From: Octopus bimaculoides
Taxonomy: Eukaryota
Assembly (NCBI RefSeq): GCF_001194135.2
Contig: NC_068985.1
Span: forward strand, 78,660,853-78,698,376
Length of the DNA: 37,524 nucleotides
Reading direction: 5' to 3'
In this document: positions 35,215 through 37,524 of the stretch, piece after piece
How positions within the stretch are numbered: position 1 is the first letter of the stretch
Layout: each line of letters begins with the position of its first letter
Notes under the pieces: model-generated
Told to the model about the DNA's origin: nothing
What the model saw: only the letters and a program-made list of their open reading frames with translations
Database searches by the model: none
Made by a program: the position numbers and the translations under genes

Positions 35215-36212
35215 TTATAACCGGCCATGACTTTTAACTTATATATATATATATACACACACAAAATACAGACCCCTCTTGAACGCGTCTACAACAAACG
35301 ACATATCCACCGCGCCCTTTGAAGAACACAAACACACACGCAAATACTAAAAATGACATATTGGAGATTCCCAAGAATTCATTAAAAAACAGTCCCAATC
35401 ACTTACAATCCATAACGAGACACTTTTAGGTCACTGGACCATTTAACACCTTACTACTATCATACCACCTACATTCCTTCTTATTCTCCCTTCTCTTTCT
35501 TCTTCGTCTCCTTCCTCTCCGCCACCTCCTTCCTAACTTTACCACTATTGCTGTTTAGAATAACACCTACGCAAATTTTATAAACAAAACATTCAAAAGA
35601 GATGTTTCAAGAATTCAATTACTACTACCATCCACAACGGGTCATCTTCAGGACACTTGACCATTTAACATCCTACTATCGTGGCACTCCCCCATTCTTC
35701 TTCTTCCCTACCAAGAATTCACAACGACGTCGAACATACAAGAGTAAACAAGAGAGACAGAAACAAGCAGTAACAAGGAAAATGCCACTTGTATTTGAAT
35801 ACGATGCAAATATTCTTTTAATTTTTCCCAAATTTAATTGTTTTCTATACTTCAAGTTGAAAAAGTCTCAATGACTGAAACCAGTACTGAAATGTTTTTT
35901 ATAAAATTATTTTAGCATTTTCTACCTTGACTTTTTTTTCCATATATATATATATATATATATATACGACGAGCTTCTTTCAGTTTCCATCTACCAAATC
36001 CACTCAGAAGGCTATATGCGCCAAGTATTTATTGCATGACCAACCTCAGAAATCACCGCACGCCACTGATAATGGTATTTACTTTGTATTATATTATACT
36101 TATTTATTGTGCTTTTACTTATTAATTTTTCTATATGTGACAGTAGACTTTCATCGATGAGTTCATGAACCTTGGTTCTTTTTCCCTAAAACTACCTCTC
36201 TCGCCAAGGTCA

Positions 36213-36271
36213 GCAGCTATCGAACGCCGACGAAGGGAAATAACCCTGAAATCCGGATCCGTTCGTGCTGC
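36213..36271 (+). ncRNA. Type I hammerhead ribozyme motif, family B (core CCGACGA variant); predicted cleavage after C36259
   Basis: Stem I CGAACG(36221-26)/CGUUCG(36260-65) plus GCAGC/GCUGC; core C-C-GACGA; stem II AGGG-AAAUAA-CCCU; GAAA; palindromic stem III AUCCGGAU; C17. Confidence 0.8.
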
Positions 36272-37218
36272 AGATCGTGGTGAGAGGGATAACTTCCCTT
36301 GGCAAACAGGACACAGTCGTGTGTCGATAAGCCAGCTGGAGGAGATGTCCTCCTGGGGCTAAAAGCAACAGTAACATCCACCCCTAGGGGTCAGCCACAC
36401 TTAAGTGGCAATATACTACACTTTATCGTGCAGTTACTGTTAATACTTCATTTAGAGAATTAACATTGCTTATATATATATAGTTTTAGGCCGCAACCGA
36501 TGTANNNNNNNNNNNNNNNNNNNNNNNNNNNNNNNNNNNNNNNNNNNNNNNNNNNNNNNNNNNNNNNNNNNNNNNNNNNNNNNNNNNNNNNNNNNNNNNN
36601 NNNNNNNNNNNNNNNNNNNNNNNNNNNNNNNNNNNNNNNNNNNNNNNNNNNNNNNNNNNNNNNNNNNNNNNNNNNNNNNNNNNNNNNNNNNNNNNNNNNN
36701 NNNNNNNNNNNNNNNNNNNNNNNNNNNNNNNNNNNNNNNNNNNNNNNNNNNNNNNNNNNNNNNNNNNNNNNNNNNNNNNNNNNNNNNNNNNNNNNNNNNN
36801 NNNNNNNNNNNNNNNNNNNNNNNNNNNNNNNNNNNNNNNNNNNNNNNNNNNNNNNNNNNNNNNNNNNNNNNNNNNNNNNAGTTCAAATTCTACTGGAGCC
36901 GACTTCGCCTTTCGTCCTTTCGCAATCGATGAAAAAGTACTAGTTAAGCACTGGGGTCGAAGTAATCGACTTACACCTCACCACCACAAAAAAAAAAAAA
37001 AAAAAAAAAACTTCAGGCCTTGTGCTTAATGTAGAAAGAAAGGATTTATTACGTATGATCTGTAACAAAATTCGTTACTTATGTACTCTGAGCTGTTACT
37101 TTGCACAAATACGTTACACCTTGTTATTTATGTCCCACGACTTCTAGTTATACATTCAAAGCATCGATTTAATTATCCCCATACAAACATGCAAAATTTT
37201 GTCTTTATAATACAAAAC

Positions 37219-37524
37219 GTAGTAGGTCTTGACCGCGGGGTTGATACGCGCCCCGACGGAATAACCCTCTTCCCAAATGAACGAGGCAAATCCCTAATCT
37301 GTGACTCGACGAACTACGCCACGTTTTCCGCCTCCAGCCTTGCTGTTTCGGTCGCAAACTCGGATATCGCCGCTCGAAACACAGAACAGAGGAGGCTAAA
37401 CAAATACAGGAGCCTGACCGGCTGCTCGTCCAGACGTTTGGTGTTCTCGGACCCCAACTGCTGATTTCCTACGGAAAAATCGGGATAATAGCGAGTCGTT
37501 TGAGAAATGAGCCCCGCGAGGTGG
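37219..37524 (+). mobile_element. C-terminal restriction-like endonuclease region of an RLE-type (CRE-like) non-LTR retrotransposon, degenerate, cut by the window end
   Basis: GLDRGVDTRPDGITLFPNERGKSLICDST..TFSASSL..S..AARNTEQRRLNKYRSL, then frameshifted VQTFGVLGP / ADFLRKIG / EPRE; matches the GL.R.DGKRPDG.TL.PW..GK.L.WD.T...KY..L...VET.G..GP pattern. Confidence 0.7.

Larger units (their letters stand above)
32570..36504. mobile_element. Mosaic of inverted and direct repeats with hammerheads; Penelope-like pseudo-LTR or retrozyme cluster, partly in gaps
   Basis: 32720-32822 is the reverse complement of about 36085-36193; about 33810-33915 is the reverse complement of about 35140-35240; 34049-34100 = 35026-35077; 34936-35044 recurs at 36398-36504; recurring (TA)n-GTTTTAGG junctions. 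No RT or GIY-YIG ORF is visible. Confidence 0.55.

Noticed and set aside
36325-36375. Hairpin followed by GGCUAAAAG resembling HDV P4-J4/2
   Set aside because: No upstream strand complementary to the would-be P2 3' strand.
32744-36943. Long ORFs of 138-349 aa in the ORF track
   Set aside because: They run through N gaps (poly-X) and are artefacts.

Overview
AT-rich, SINE- and microsatellite-rich eukaryotic draft DNA with four N gaps. The repeat landscape looks like a coleoid cephalopod (Octopus-like); that is inference. (1) A complete 12-coding-exon ARPC1 gene (Arp2/3 subunit p41) lies on + from ATG 8307 to TAA 23887. All introns are GT-AG, phases are consistent, and the CDS is 1119 nt (372 aa). 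(2) An intronless 583-aa glucokinase-regulatory-protein/MurQ-like ORF lies on - at 30472-32223. (3) A candidate divergent gene with a signal-peptide-like first exon lies on - at 2628-2721 and may share a CpG-rich promoter with ARPC1. (4) There are many transposon relics: tRNA-SINEs, RTE fragments, mariner, pogo, Tigger- and piggyBac-like MITEs, fold-backs and an RLE-type non-LTR fragment. (5) A gap-ridden inverted-repeat mosaic at about 32.6-36.5 kb contains three hammerhead ribozyme motifs from two unrelated sequence families, plus a degenerate relic. It resembles Penelope-like pseudo-LTRs or retrozymes and is the most interesting signal in the window. All folds were derived by eye; no searches or folding programs were run.
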